A stretch of 64,000 bases of DNA from Clostridium sp. CAG:343 (GTDB lineage: Bacteria; Bacillota; Clostridia; TANB77; CAG-508). This document shows, one piece after another, positions 20,276 to 29,562 of this stretch. Position numbers and translations under genes: made by a program. The DNA lies in assembly GCA_000431335.1 (NCBI GenBank), contig FR888054.1, forward strand, positions 96,307-160,306, read 5' to 3'. The first letter of the stretch is position 1. Each line of letters begins with the position of its first letter. The notes beneath the pieces are model-generated. The model worked only from the letters and a program-made list of their open reading frames with translations, did not search any database and was not told the DNA's origin.

Positions 20276-20418
20276 TTTTATAAAAACTCTCTTATTTTTA
20301 TTTTAAATAATTTCAAAAAAGTTCAAATTTTGAGTTTAGAAATTTGAACTTTTTTCTTTACTTTTGTCTTTAAATATACTATAATAAATTTAGTTTTTGA
20401 ATTAAGTTAGCATTTAGT

Positions 20419-21255
20419 TTAGTCGCTTATGCTAGCTTTTTCTTTTTGATTTTTATCATCTTCTTTTAGTTCAATTCCATAACACATTCTATATAATTTT
20501 TGAATAATAGCATTGGATAATTCTTTATCATTACTCTGATAAAATCTATGTAATAAACTTTCCTTATTAAATCTAGTTGTTATTATAATTGGTAGTTTAT
20601 TTTCATTTCTATTTTCTATAATTGTATATAATTTATCTAGAGCCCACTGGCTTATTTTTTCTGTTCCTAAATCATCTATTACAACCATATCTGTATTTGA
20701 AAATAATTCTATTAATTCATTTTCTGACTTTGAATTATCTTTAAAAGTTTCTTTGATCATATCTAACAATGATGATAACCTCCCCATCAACACTATTTTA
20801 TCTTCTTTAATTAATTCATTTGAAATTGATGCTGCTAAATGTGTTTTTCCTACGCCTGTATTTCCAGTAATAATAAGTCCATTTTCTTGTTTGTTTTCGG
20901 TACATTTTTTAGTATAATCTTTTGCTATTTCAACTTCATTTTTATTAGAATCTGTTACTTTAAAATTGTTAAAATTATAATCCTTTAGTCTTTTACTAAT
21001 GTAATTTTGCGAATAAAACTGATTGATAATTTCCCTATAATGTTCATTCTTTTTCTGCTCTTGAACTTCTAAATCAATTCCTTTCCAAAATTCAACAGAT
21101 TCCTTACAAGTACATCTTTCATATTCAATGGAATCTGGAGATATATTAGTATATAAATAATCTAAGCCTATTGGTTTTAATTCTTTTCCACAAAATTTGC
21201 ATTTATTGTGAAAATTCTTTTGATAATTATTACATTTTGTATTCTCTAAATCCAT
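20419..21255 (-). CDS. DnaC/IstB-like AAA+ helicase loader with N-terminal Cys-rich zinc-finger
   Basis: Walker A GNTGVGKTHLA and Walker B VVIDDLGTE. The N-terminus has C..C...C.C. Confidence 0.6.
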   Translation of the reverse strand: MDLENTKCNNYQKNFHNKCKFCGKELKPIGLDYLYTNISPDSIEYERCTCKESVEFWKGIDLEVQEQKKNEHYREIINQFYSQNYISKRLKDYNFNNFKVTDSNKNEVEIAKDYTKKCTENKQENGLIITGNTGVGKTHLAASISNELIKEDKIVLMGRLSSLLDMIKETFKDNSKSENELIELFSNTDMVVIDDLGTEKISQWALDKLYTIIENRNENKLPIIITTRFNKESLLHRFYQSNDKELSNAIIQKLYRMCYGIELKEDDKNQKEKASISD

Positions 21256-21745
21256 TTATATTCTCATTCTCCTTTCTGTTATTTTCTATAATTTCTTCTA
21301 ATGTATTATCTTCTTGTGCGTTATTTTCCGTTATTGTAACGTTACTTTTTTCTTTTTCACTTTTCAATCTTTCACGATATTTTTGTTGTCTTATTCTATT
21401 TTGTTCTTTATATTTTTCGGATGATTCAATACTTTGGTATTCATCCCAATTCTTAATTTTGTATGCTCCTTCTTCTACAATTATCATATTTAATTCTTGA
21501 AATCTTTTAATAATTTTCTCAATCTTTTTCTTAGACTTTCCCATAATCTTAAAAAAATCTTCTATTGTCATTGGTTTATTATCTCCTATTACTAATTTAC
21601 CGTTGCAATTACATTCTATAGCAATAGTCAATAATTGAATCCATACTCTAAAATATGTATCTCCATCTTGTTCTTTTAGTAATATTTGAATTTTTCTGTT
21701 TGAAAATATTTTAATTTCAATTTTTAACCATTGTAAATTATACAT
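21230..21745 (-). CDS. phage replisome organizer N-terminal domain protein (DnaD-like)
   Basis: W.K....F...K...L......G...YF.VW..LL..A pattern at the N-terminus. It overlaps the DnaC-like gene. Confidence 0.5.
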   Translation of the reverse strand: MYNLQWLKIEIKIFSNRKIQILLKEQDGDTYFRVWIQLLTIAIECNCNGKLVIGDNKPMTIEDFFKIMGKSKKKIEKIIKRFQELNMIIVEEGAYKIKNWDEYQSIESSEKYKEQNRIRQQKYRERLKSEKEKSNVTITENNAQEDNTLEEIIENNRKENENINGFREYKM

Positions 21746-21773
21746 ATCCTCCTTTCCTCACTTTCCCTATAAT

Positions 21774-21971
21774 CTAGCTAATAGATTGTTGTTCCATATT
21801 TTCTAAATATTCATCTAGTGCTTGTACTCTAAATAAATATTTTCCACCAACTTTTGAGCATGGTATTTGCTTTCTTCTTACTAATTGATTGACTAACCAA
21901 TAAGATATTCCTAAATACTCTGCTGCTTCTTTCATTGTTAGTGTAGTTCTTTGAACTTTTTGTAATTCCAT
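21774..21971 (-). CDS. excisionase-family (MerR-like) HTH DNA-binding protein
   Basis: MKEAAEYLGIS...VNQLVRRKQIP..KVGGKYLF is the typical Xis/AlpA HTH. Confidence 0.5.
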   Translation of the reverse strand: MELQKVQRTTLTMKEAAEYLGISYWLVNQLVRRKQIPCSKVGGKYLFRVQALDEYLENMEQQSIS

Positions 21972-22246
21972 AGTATCACCTCCTTATATTTTTCTAGAAG
22001 AGATTTTTATCTTTCCTTCCCTTCTATTTAATAGCCCACAAACTACCTTCAAAATAAGCCCCTTTTCAAAAATTTTTTTATATTTTTTTGTTAATTTTAT
22101 TTTGTTAGTGTTTTCAATAGTTTCAAGGATTATTTTTTATTAAACTTATTGCATTTCGCGTTAGTTTTTTGTATAATTTAATTAATTTGTTAGCAATTTT
22201 ATTTTGGTTATTTTATTGCAATTTGTATTTATAGGAGGAAATTTTA

Positions 22247-23338
22247 GTGTTAAGAGAAAATAACATTCCAGTTAAAAATAGTTTTAATATATGGTTTAAT
22301 AGAGAAAAAAGAAAAGAGTTTTATACAACTTCTATAATTTTGTATAAAACTGCCTTTAATCATAATCCTAATAATAAATTTTCTAACATTATTCTTAAAC
22401 CAAATGAAGCTACTAACAAAATCTACTTTACTTCGGCTAATTTTAATGCCCCTTTTGAAGAAAGCTATGGTACATTATTAATTAGATTTCTAAATAGCAA
22501 TTTTTCAACTTTTAAAACTGCTTATGATACTTTCTTTTGTTTTTATGGATTTTCAATATTAGAGGAATTTTATAAAAACATTCCTAAAGCACAATTATTT
22601 AAATCAAAAAAGGACTTTTTTAACACTTATGAACCAATTTTTATAAATATTAAACGTAAATTAAAAGAATTACAATATTTAATGAAAAGGTGTATTGATT
22701 ATATGTATAATCTAAATAACAATTTGGAGGATAAAAATTATTCTTCATTTGAAAAATATTTAACATATGTAATAAAGAATAATCTTTTTAGATATTCAAC
22801 AAATATTGATGTATTTTATTTTCAACAATTTGCACATGATACATTAAATATAGCTGTTGAATCTATCACACCAAAAATAGTGAGAGAGCATTTAGAAAAT
22901 GGAATAATAGATGTAAATGATAGTCCAGTTTTTCATGCATGTAATTTATCTAATATTCTATATGTATCATTGTCAGAAATTGCATCAAATAAGGATATAA
23001 AAATTAAGACTTGTAAAAATTGTGGCAAATACTTTATTCCAATTAAAAATACAGAAAAATATTGTGATATTACTTATTATGAAAATGAAAAAACTTGTAA
23101 AACAATTGGTGCTACTAATTCTTATACTAAAAAACGAAAAACTGTAGAAGGAATAAGATTTTATAGAAATAACTATCAAAGAAGGTTGATGCAAGCTAAA
23201 AGATCTAATAATCAGCAAATTGAATTTGCTTTTGAAAATTGGAAGAAACTCTCTAAGGTTAAGATTAAGGAATTTAATAATAATGAGATTTCTGAAGAAA
23301 AGTTAATTGAGTGGATGAAGAGAAATAAAAATATTTAG
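22247..23338 (+). CDS. hypothetical protein with C-terminal zinc-ribbon (CKNCGKYF...EKYCD)
   Basis: ORF with a plausible RBS GGAGGA. No recognisable catalytic domain. Confidence 0.35.
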   Translation: MLRENNIPVKNSFNIWFNREKRKEFYTTSIILYKTAFNHNPNNKFSNIILKPNEATNKIYFTSANFNAPFEESYGTLLIRFLNSNFSTFKTAYDTFFCFYGFSILEEFYKNIPKAQLFKSKKDFFNTYEPIFINIKRKLKELQYLMKRCIDYMYNLNNNLEDKNYSSFEKYLTYVIKNNLFRYSTNIDVFYFQQFAHDTLNIAVESITPKIVREHLENGIIDVNDSPVFHACNLSNILYVSLSEIASNKDIKIKTCKNCGKYFIPIKNTEKYCDITYYENEKTCKTIGATNSYTKKRKTVEGIRFYRNNYQRRLMQAKRSNNQQIEFAFENWKKLSKVKIKEFNNNEISEEKLIEWMKRNKNI

Positions 23339-23401
23339 ATTACAATTTTTGATTATGTATATAATTAAAAGAATGACAATTTTTAAGAGAGTATAGAAAA
23401 A

Positions 23402-24747
23402 GTTGTGTAAATAAATCCTTCCGTGATAAAATATAAAATATCAAGGAGGGATTTTTCTATGGGTAAAAAAATAGAAAAAGAAAAAAATGAAATAGTAGAG
23501 GAGTTTTTTAGAAGGAATGATCCAAAAAATATTAAATCCATGAATGATATGTACACAGCCTGGAAAGATTTCTTTGCCCCTGCTTTTCAACAATTGTTGG
23601 ATGCTGAAATGGAAGCAAAAATTGGTTATTCCAAAAACGAAAGAACAGATAATAATAATTATCGAAATGGATATTATCCAGAAAGAACTGTAGCAACAGA
23701 AATGGGAGATATTCCAGTAAAAGTTCCTAGAGATAGAAACGGAGAAATTGATTCCGATTTAGTGCCTAAATAATCAAGAACAGCAAATGGTTTTGATGAA
23801 AAAGTAATATCTATGTATGCATTAGGAATGTCTGATAGGGACATTCAGGAACAAATAAAGGAGATATTTGGCTGTAATCTTTCACCAGATATGATAAGTG
23901 ATATAACAGATAAAATTATACCTGAAATACAAGAATGGCAAAAAAGGAAATTAGAAAGTGTATACCCTATAGTATTTATTGATTCTACTCATTTTCATGT
24001 TAGAGATAATGGACAGATAGTAAAAAAAGCAACCTATGTTGTGTTAGGAATTGATAAAGATGGAATGAAAAAAGTTTTAACAATAACAATTGGAGAAAAT
24101 GAAAGTGCAAAATATTGGATGACTGTATTAAACGAACTTAAAAATCGCGGAGTACAAGATATTTTAGTATTATGTGCAGATGGATTGACAGGGCTTAAAG
24201 ATGCAATATCAGCAATATACCCTAAGACGGAATATCAAAGATGTATAGTGCATCAAATAAGGAACTCTTTAAAGTATGTACCATATACAGATAGAAAAGA
24301 ACTTGCTAATGATTTAAAAACAGTTTACAAAGCAAGTACAGAGGAATTAGGGTATACTAACTTATTAGAGTTGGAAGAAAAATGGAAACATAAATATCCT
24401 GGTGCGATTCAAAGTTGGATAGATAACTGGGATGTACTTTCAGTATTCTTTAAATTTTCTACTGAAATAAGAAAAATAATGTATACAACAAGTGCGATAG
24501 AGAGCTTAAATAGTACCTATAAACGAATAAATCGAAACAGAAATGTATTTATGTATGAAGGCAGAATATAAAATAAAGCCTAAAAATAATAGGCTTAAGA
24601 AGGATTTTTCTTAAGCCCTATTAAACTTACACAACTTTTTCTAAAATATTGATTTTTTAGAAAAATATTATTAAAATAATGTTAATAATAAAAATATTAA
24701 ATTTTTTTAAGTTATCAATCGGAAGGAAATCCGATTTACACAACATT
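23402..24747 (+). mobile_element. IS256-family insertion sequence remnant
   Basis: Terminal inverted repeats run from gttgtgtaaat..atccttcc at 23402..23424 to its reverse complement at 24721..24747. An extra IRR-like copy lies at 24626..24641. The interior encodes an IS256-type transposase. Confidence 0.6.
23423..24571 (+). pseudogene. IS256-family (Mutator-like) transposase, interrupted by an in-frame TAA at 23771..23773 and C-terminally truncated
   Basis: The two ORFs are in the same frame and separated only by a TAA where intact homologs have Gln/Arg (DLVPK*SRTANGFDEK). The protein ends about 30 aa short of family length. Confidence 0.65.
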
Positions 24748-24767
24748 TACGATACTCTCCTTTTGTC

Positions 24768-25508
24768 TTATATATTTTTATCCATCCAGTCTACTTCATT
24801 AGGATATATAATATCTGCAAAATATGCATTTTCATTATAATCATATTTAAACCATCCTTTTATTTCTTGCTCATCTTTATTTTTCATGTCTTCAATCATA
24901 ACATTAATAAAATTGTCATAAGTCATTTTTGAATATGCAATAATATTTTTCCCATTTCTACCTGCCACATTAGCTAAATTACATGCTTTTACTACTGCAT
25001 TTCCAATCCAAATTTTATCATTTATTCCAGACCCTTTTTTTCCTGCTTTTACAATTAAATCTTGTCCAACAGATACTCCAATTCCCACTCTAATTTGTCT
25101 TAATTCTTCTCTTTGAAATAATTTATTTAGCATTTTAATACATGTGTTGATATATGCAGATATATCAACTAATTCATATATATCTTTTTGATACGGCGTA
25201 TTGTAAATTCCATACACACAATCACCCCTTATACCTATTTCTCTTACATTATTACTACTATTCATAATAGTAATTAACTCAGATGAAAAACTTCTCAAAA
25301 TTTTTGACACCTTAATATCTTCTTCTTTACCTATAATATCTGATGATTTGACAATATCTACGAAAATAGATCCAATCCATGATTTAATACCATTACTATA
25401 TGTAAATTCACTATCGTCTTTAGGAACATTTTTTTCTTCAATTTCCTCATTGTTTTTTAGAATTTCTTCAACTCTTTTTTTTCCTTCCTCAAAATTGTAA
25501 AATGCCAT
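24768..25508 (-). CDS. class III nucleotidyl cyclase (adenylate/guanylate cyclase fold), PycC-like
   Basis: Metal-binding motifs FVDIVKSS and IRGDCVYG (like F.DI.GFT and IGDCYM). RVGIGVSVGQ and WIGNAVVKACNLANVA match the RIGIH.G and WGD.VN.ASR signatures. Good RBS AGAGGGAG. Confidence 0.6.
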   Translation of the reverse strand: MAFYNFEEGKKRVEEILKNNEEIEEKNVPKDDSEFTYSNGIKSWIGSIFVDIVKSSDIIGKEEDIKVSKILRSFSSELITIMNSSNNVREIGIRGDCVYGIYNTPYQKDIYELVDISAYINTCIKMLNKLFQREELRQIRVGIGVSVGQDLIVKAGKKGSGINDKIWIGNAVVKACNLANVAGRNGKNIIAYSKMTYDNFINVMIEDMKNKDEQEIKGWFKYDYNENAYFADIIYPNEVDWMDKNI

Positions 25509-25521
25509 AATTTTTCTCCCT

Positions 25522-26106
25522 CTATATTATCTTAAAAATTTTTACTATAAATAATAGTATTATAGTTATCATAGCCATATTTAGTCCAATATTATAATTT
25601 TTAAATTTTTTATTGCATATTTTACTATTTATATATACTTGTGAAAGTATATCATTTATATTGCTCTGTTTTGTTTGATTTTTTATTTTTTTGTTAAATT
25701 CTTCATAATTATATTTAGAAATACTTCCATAAAACACTAATGAATTTAGTGTTACCCCTGATTCTTTAAATTCTTTAATATTGATTTTTCCTTTTAGAGC
25801 ATATATTAATTTTATTATTGAAAAAATTGTATTAAAATAAAGTAATAACACCAATAGTCCTTTTGCTATTTTGGAAAAACTTAGACTGTTATTGTTTATA
25901 GTTGTTACTATTCTTTCGATAAAGTCAATATTTGAATCTATTAATATATATCCTAAAACAACTCCCATAAATGCAATAAGTATTGATATCTTTATATCCA
26001 CATTATTAATCCATTCTTTTATATTATCCAAGATATATTTCGCATTTTCAATTTTTTCTCCATATTCTTTTTCTTTATTTTCTGTTGACATCCTTATATT
26101 CTCCAT
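25522..26106 (-). CDS. 3-TM membrane protein (candidate PycTM-like effector)
   Basis: Three predicted hydrophobic helices. It lies immediately upstream of the cyclase on the same strand with a 13-nt gap. Confidence 0.4.
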   Translation of the reverse strand: MENIRMSTENKEKEYGEKIENAKYILDNIKEWINNVDIKISILIAFMGVVLGYILIDSNIDFIERIVTTINNNSLSFSKIAKGLLVLLLYFNTIFSIIKLIYALKGKINIKEFKESGVTLNSLVFYGSISKYNYEEFNKKIKNQTKQSNINDILSQVYINSKICNKKFKNYNIGLNMAMITIILLFIVKIFKII

Positions 26107-26662
26107 TCTGTATATTAGATATTAAAATTTTGTTAAAACTTTGCATTTCATCATAATCCAATACATTACCATATTGTTTTCCACATTTTGGGCAAACATA
26201 TTGTTCCGTTCCAAAATGTCTATTTCCTATTTGCCATTTTTCATCTAGCTGGCATCCACATTCGCATATAGGTATAAAGTTACATAGTGTGTACTTGCCA
26301 TTATAATCTTTTTCATATTGCCATCTAAATTTTACTCTACCTTTATATTTGTCTTCATTATATTTTAGAAAATCTGGTTCTTCTATTTTTTCTTGTTCAT
26401 TTATAATTTTCACATATATAGTTAATATAAGTATTAATGCTATATCTATTATAATATAACCCCCTATAGCTACTTTTATATTTAAAAAATTCCAAATAAT
26501 TTTTATTAATTCCCAAATTTTCTGTCCCAAAAATTTTAATATATTAAACTGCGTAATTTGTTCTACTATAAAATTTGCAATAATTGTACTTATCACTCCT
26601 AGTATGCTTTGTCCAATTAATGACTTAAAAAATTGTTTTATCTTTTTCATTTCTATCTCCAT
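26075..26662 (-). CDS. membrane protein with C-terminal zinc-ribbon (CECGC...CPKCG)
   Basis: Two or three N-terminal TM helices and a C-terminal 4-Cys ribbon. It overlaps the downstream TM gene. Confidence 0.4.
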   Translation of the reverse strand: MEIEMKKIKQFFKSLIGQSILGVISTIIANFIVEQITQFNILKFLGQKIWELIKIIWNFLNIKVAIGGYIIIDIALILILTIYVKIINEQEKIEEPDFLKYNEDKYKGRVKFRWQYEKDYNGKYTLCNFIPICECGCQLDEKWQIGNRHFGTEQYVCPKCGKQYGNVLDYDEMQSFNKILISNIQNGEYKDVNRK

Positions 26663-26909
26663 TTAATCTAATTACTTTGACTCATTATATCATCTTTCTA
26701 GTGTTTTTTCCATATAAATTACAAATTATTACATTTCTTCTAGTATTTTTATGTTTCTTATATATCTTTTTATGAATTTTAGTGTACTCTTTGAAACAGG
26801 CATAAAATAGCTAAAAAAGGCTGGTAATTTTTCTAAAAATAATATATAATACCATAAAATACATACTCCTCCCACCCATAGGCATACTTGAAAGGAGGTG
26901 AAATAAGTA

Positions 26910-28103
26910 ATGGCTGGGAGTATAGAAAAAAGAGGAAAAAATAGTTACAGGCTAACAGTATCTGAAGGATTTGACTTAAATGGAAACCCAATGATACATA
27001 GAAAGACAGTACATGGAACTAAAAAAGATGCAGAAGTTGAACTAGCTAAATTTGTTACTGAAGTACAAAATGGCTTAGTAGTTGATGGTAAATCTCTTAA
27101 ATTTTCTGAATTTACTGAAATATGGAAACGAGATTATGGCTCAAAAGAGCTTGCGCCTTCTACATATAAACGTTATTGTAGAATGTTAGAAACAAGACTT
27201 TTACCATACTTTGGTCATTTCTACATTAATAAAATTAGACCAACTGACATTATGAAGTTTTATGATTTACTTGAAAAAGATACTCAGTTAGTTAGAAAAA
27301 AAGGTAACAATGGTACAAAAACTAAAAAGCCTTTGTCTGGTAAAACAATTTTAGAACATCATAGGTTACTTCGTGCAATGCTACACAGAGCAGTTTATTG
27401 GCAACTTATTGTTAGTAATCCTGCTGAACGTGTTCAAGCTCCTAGAGCAAAAAAGCCAAAAAGAAGATCTTATGATGATGAGCAAACTAAAATATTACTA
27501 GAAAATTTAGAGCAACTTTCTATAGAAGATACTAAATATAAAGTTGCAATCATTCTAACGGTTTTCACAGGCGTTCGTTTAGGTGAACTAATGGGATTAG
27601 AATGGCAAGATATTGATTTTAAAAATGGAATTATTAGTATTAATCGTTCTAGTCAGTATCTATCAGATATGGGAGTCTTTACAAAAGTTCCAAAAACAGA
27701 AAGTTCCATTAGAGAGATTGCAATACCCGAATTTATCATTTCTTTACTTGAGGAATATAAGTTATGGTATGAAGAACAAAAATCGATTTATAACGAATTG
27801 TGGAACGATTCTAATAGGTTATTTGTACAAGCAGATGGCAAACCAATGCATCCTTCTACCATTAGCAAATGGTTTGTAAAATATGTTGGTCAAATAGGTT
27901 TACCTGTAATTAATTTTCACGGATTAAGACATACAAATGCAAGTTTACTAGTTGCACAGAATATTGATATAGCAATAATTTCTGCGAGACTTGGTCATGC
28001 ACAAATAAGTACTACACTTAATTTTTATGTGCATCCACTACTTTCTCATAACAGAAAAGCTGGATATGCACTAGAAAACTTATTATTACCAACAAGGTCT
28101 TAA
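26910..28103 (+). CDS. int: tyrosine recombinase / phage-type integrase
   Basis: N-terminal AP2-like arm-binding segment. The C-terminal catalytic motifs R...HGLRHT...Y(HPLLSH..R) are present. It sits at the right end of island A. Confidence 0.8.
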   Translation: MAGSIEKRGKNSYRLTVSEGFDLNGNPMIHRKTVHGTKKDAEVELAKFVTEVQNGLVVDGKSLKFSEFTEIWKRDYGSKELAPSTYKRYCRMLETRLLPYFGHFYINKIRPTDIMKFYDLLEKDTQLVRKKGNNGTKTKKPLSGKTILEHHRLLRAMLHRAVYWQLIVSNPAERVQAPRAKKPKRRSYDDEQTKILLENLEQLSIEDTKYKVAIILTVFTGVRLGELMGLEWQDIDFKNGIISINRSSQYLSDMGVFTKVPKTESSIREIAIPEFIISLLEEYKLWYEEQKSIYNELWNDSNRLFVQADGKPMHPSTISKWFVKYVGQIGLPVINFHGLRHTNASLLVAQNIDIAIISARLGHAQISTTLNFYVHPLLSHNRKAGYALENLLLPTRS

Positions 28104-28259
28104 TTTAAACTTTTTTCTAATTTTCACAAATTACAAATTTTCACGATAAAAAATAAAAGGCAACTAAATATTTTTAGATTTCCCATTGCCTTTTATTATA
28201 TATAAAAAGTATAAATTTTTGATGAATTTTTATTGATATTTATGGCTTTTTAGGAGATT

Positions 28260-28281
28260 ATTTTACCCAATTTTTACCCAA
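28260..28281. repeat. arm-type tandem repeat attttacccaatttttacccaa (second copy)
   Basis: Identical to 5419..5440 and located between int and the right core repeat. Confidence 0.45.
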
Positions 28282-28376
28282 ATCAACATAATAATGCTTA
28301 AAAATAGCATTATCGCAACCAATTTTTAGGCATAAAAAAATCACTAAAACCGTTACAGTTCTAATGATATATGGTT

Positions 28377-28421
28377 TGGTTGCGGGGGTAAGACTCGAAC
28401 TTACGACCTTCGGGTTATGAG
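28377..28421 (-). other. partial tRNA-Met, 3' 45 nt (anticodon loop to CCA), att remnant
   Basis: The reverse complement reads ctcataacccgaaggtcgtaagttcgagtcttacccccgcaacca, closely matching the 3' half of the intact tRNA at 33009..33084. No 5' half is present. Confidence 0.55.
28407..28421. repeat. 15-bp direct-repeat core (attR-like)
   Basis: Exact copy of 5286..5300. Confidence 0.55.
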
Positions 28422-28595
28422 ATCACATGCGGGAGAATCTTTATATTTTCAGTATATATTTTTTATTTATATTCAATATTTTCATTAAATCTATACCAAT
28501 TATCACATAAAAAAAAGTAACTACCTAATTTCTCCCCTAAATATAATTTTTTTATCAATATTTCTATTAATAATACAGTAACATTTTATTCTATT

Positions 28596-29174
28596 CTATA
28601 ATTTTTTAGCTATCACATTGAATATATGCCAATGCTTCATTTTACCTAAACCAGTAAAATCATCTTTTTCAACTTCTATAAATTTTATAATTTTAAAATT
28701 CTCAAACAATTCTATTACCTGCTCTCTTGTTAAGAAAGTCATCTGTTCTTTTATACTCTTCCATTCATCATTATTTCCGAAGAAATTACCAACAAAATAT
28801 CCATCTTTTAAAATGCTATCATTTATCTTATTCCATAATTCTTTAAAATTATTTTTATTGCAGAATGGAAGACTAAAATTAGCAATCACTAAATTATTCT
28901 TTTCCAATTCAATTTTCTCAAATTTTTGTCTTAAAAATTTAAACTGCTTCGATTCTTCTTTAGATAGTTTCGTTTTAATTCTAGGTTCAATATCTTCTCT
29001 ATCTATTGCTAATACATTCCAACCATTTTTTATTAAATATATTGTATCCCTTCCTGCTCCACATCCAAGTTCAACCGCATTGCCTGGTTCAATCTTTAAT
29101 TCAATAAATTTTTTAACAATATAATTAGGATTTGCATCTGCTGTACTTTCATAATATTTCTCTATTTTTTTCAT
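28596..29174 (-). CDS. class I SAM-dependent methyltransferase (TehB-like)
   Basis: Motif I VELGCGAGRD and motif II-like LAIDRE. Confidence 0.6.
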   Translation of the reverse strand: MKKIEKYYESTADANPNYIVKKFIELKIEPGNAVELGCGAGRDTIYLIKNGWNVLAIDREDIEPRIKTKLSKEESKQFKFLRQKFEKIELEKNNLVIANFSLPFCNKNNFKELWNKINDSILKDGYFVGNFFGNNDEWKSIKEQMTFLTREQVIELFENFKIIKFIEVEKDDFTGLGKMKHWHIFNVIAKKL

Positions 29175-29554
29175 ATGTTATACTCCCACAAACTCAATTT
29201 TCCTTTTGCTTCTATTGGTTCATCAAATACTTCTACATTTTCCAGTTGCCAACCATAATTTTCTTTAAAAGAACTATCTGTGTATATATCTGCATTTTCT
29301 TTTAATAACATCGCTTTAAATTCTGGTGACATTTTCACACAATCTACTAATGTTACTTTTCCTAATATTTTTCCTGCTGGCAAATCTTCTGGAATATATT
29401 TTGCTAATCTTTTCATTGCCTCTTTATCTATTCCTTTTCCTGCATGTATTAATAAATCTCCTCTATATTTAGTTTGCCAACTTCTAAATTCAAATCTTTT
29501 ATCTCCTTGCATTATTAGTGTTGCCCAAGGTTGTTTTATTGTTAATACTTTCAT
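29171..29554 (-). CDS. ASCH-domain protein
   Basis: KQPWA motif and a PUA-like fold signature. Its stop overlaps the methyltransferase start by 4 nt. Confidence 0.55.
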   Translation of the reverse strand: MKVLTIKQPWATLIMQGDKRFEFRSWQTKYRGDLLIHAGKGIDKEAMKRLAKYIPEDLPAGKILGKVTLVDCVKMSPEFKAMLLKENADIYTDSSFKENYGWQLENVEVFDEPIEAKGKLSLWEYNI

Positions 29555-29562
29555 ATTCCCTC

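Larger units (their letters stand above)
5286..28421 (+). mobile_element. about 23-kb integrase-bearing genomic island (defense island A) delimited by 15-bp direct repeats
   Basis: An exact 15-bp repeat ccttcgggttatgag occurs at 5286..5300 and 28407..28421. A 22-bp arm-type repeat lies inside each end. A tyrosine integrase sits at the right end. The interior is accessory and defense-like. Confidence 0.55.

Noticed and set aside
24768-25508. GGDEF diguanylate cyclase as an alternative identity for the cyclase-like protein.
   Set aside because: There is no GG(D/E)EF motif. The metal-binding hairpin reads IRGDCVYG (an IGDCYM-type of class III cyclases), and the C-terminal WIGNAVV..N.A block fits class III, not GGDEF.
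5419-28281. CRISPR array, considering the repeated ttttaccca motifs and other short repeats.
   Set aside because: Only two tandem units occur per site, with no regularly spaced repeat-spacer structure anywhere in the window. The units are better explained as integrase arm-type sites.
28377-28421. A second intact tRNA-Met gene on the minus strand.
   Set aside because: Only the 3' 45 nt (anticodon loop through CCA) are present. The sequence that should form the D-arm and 5' acceptor strand (28422..28455) has no tRNA character.
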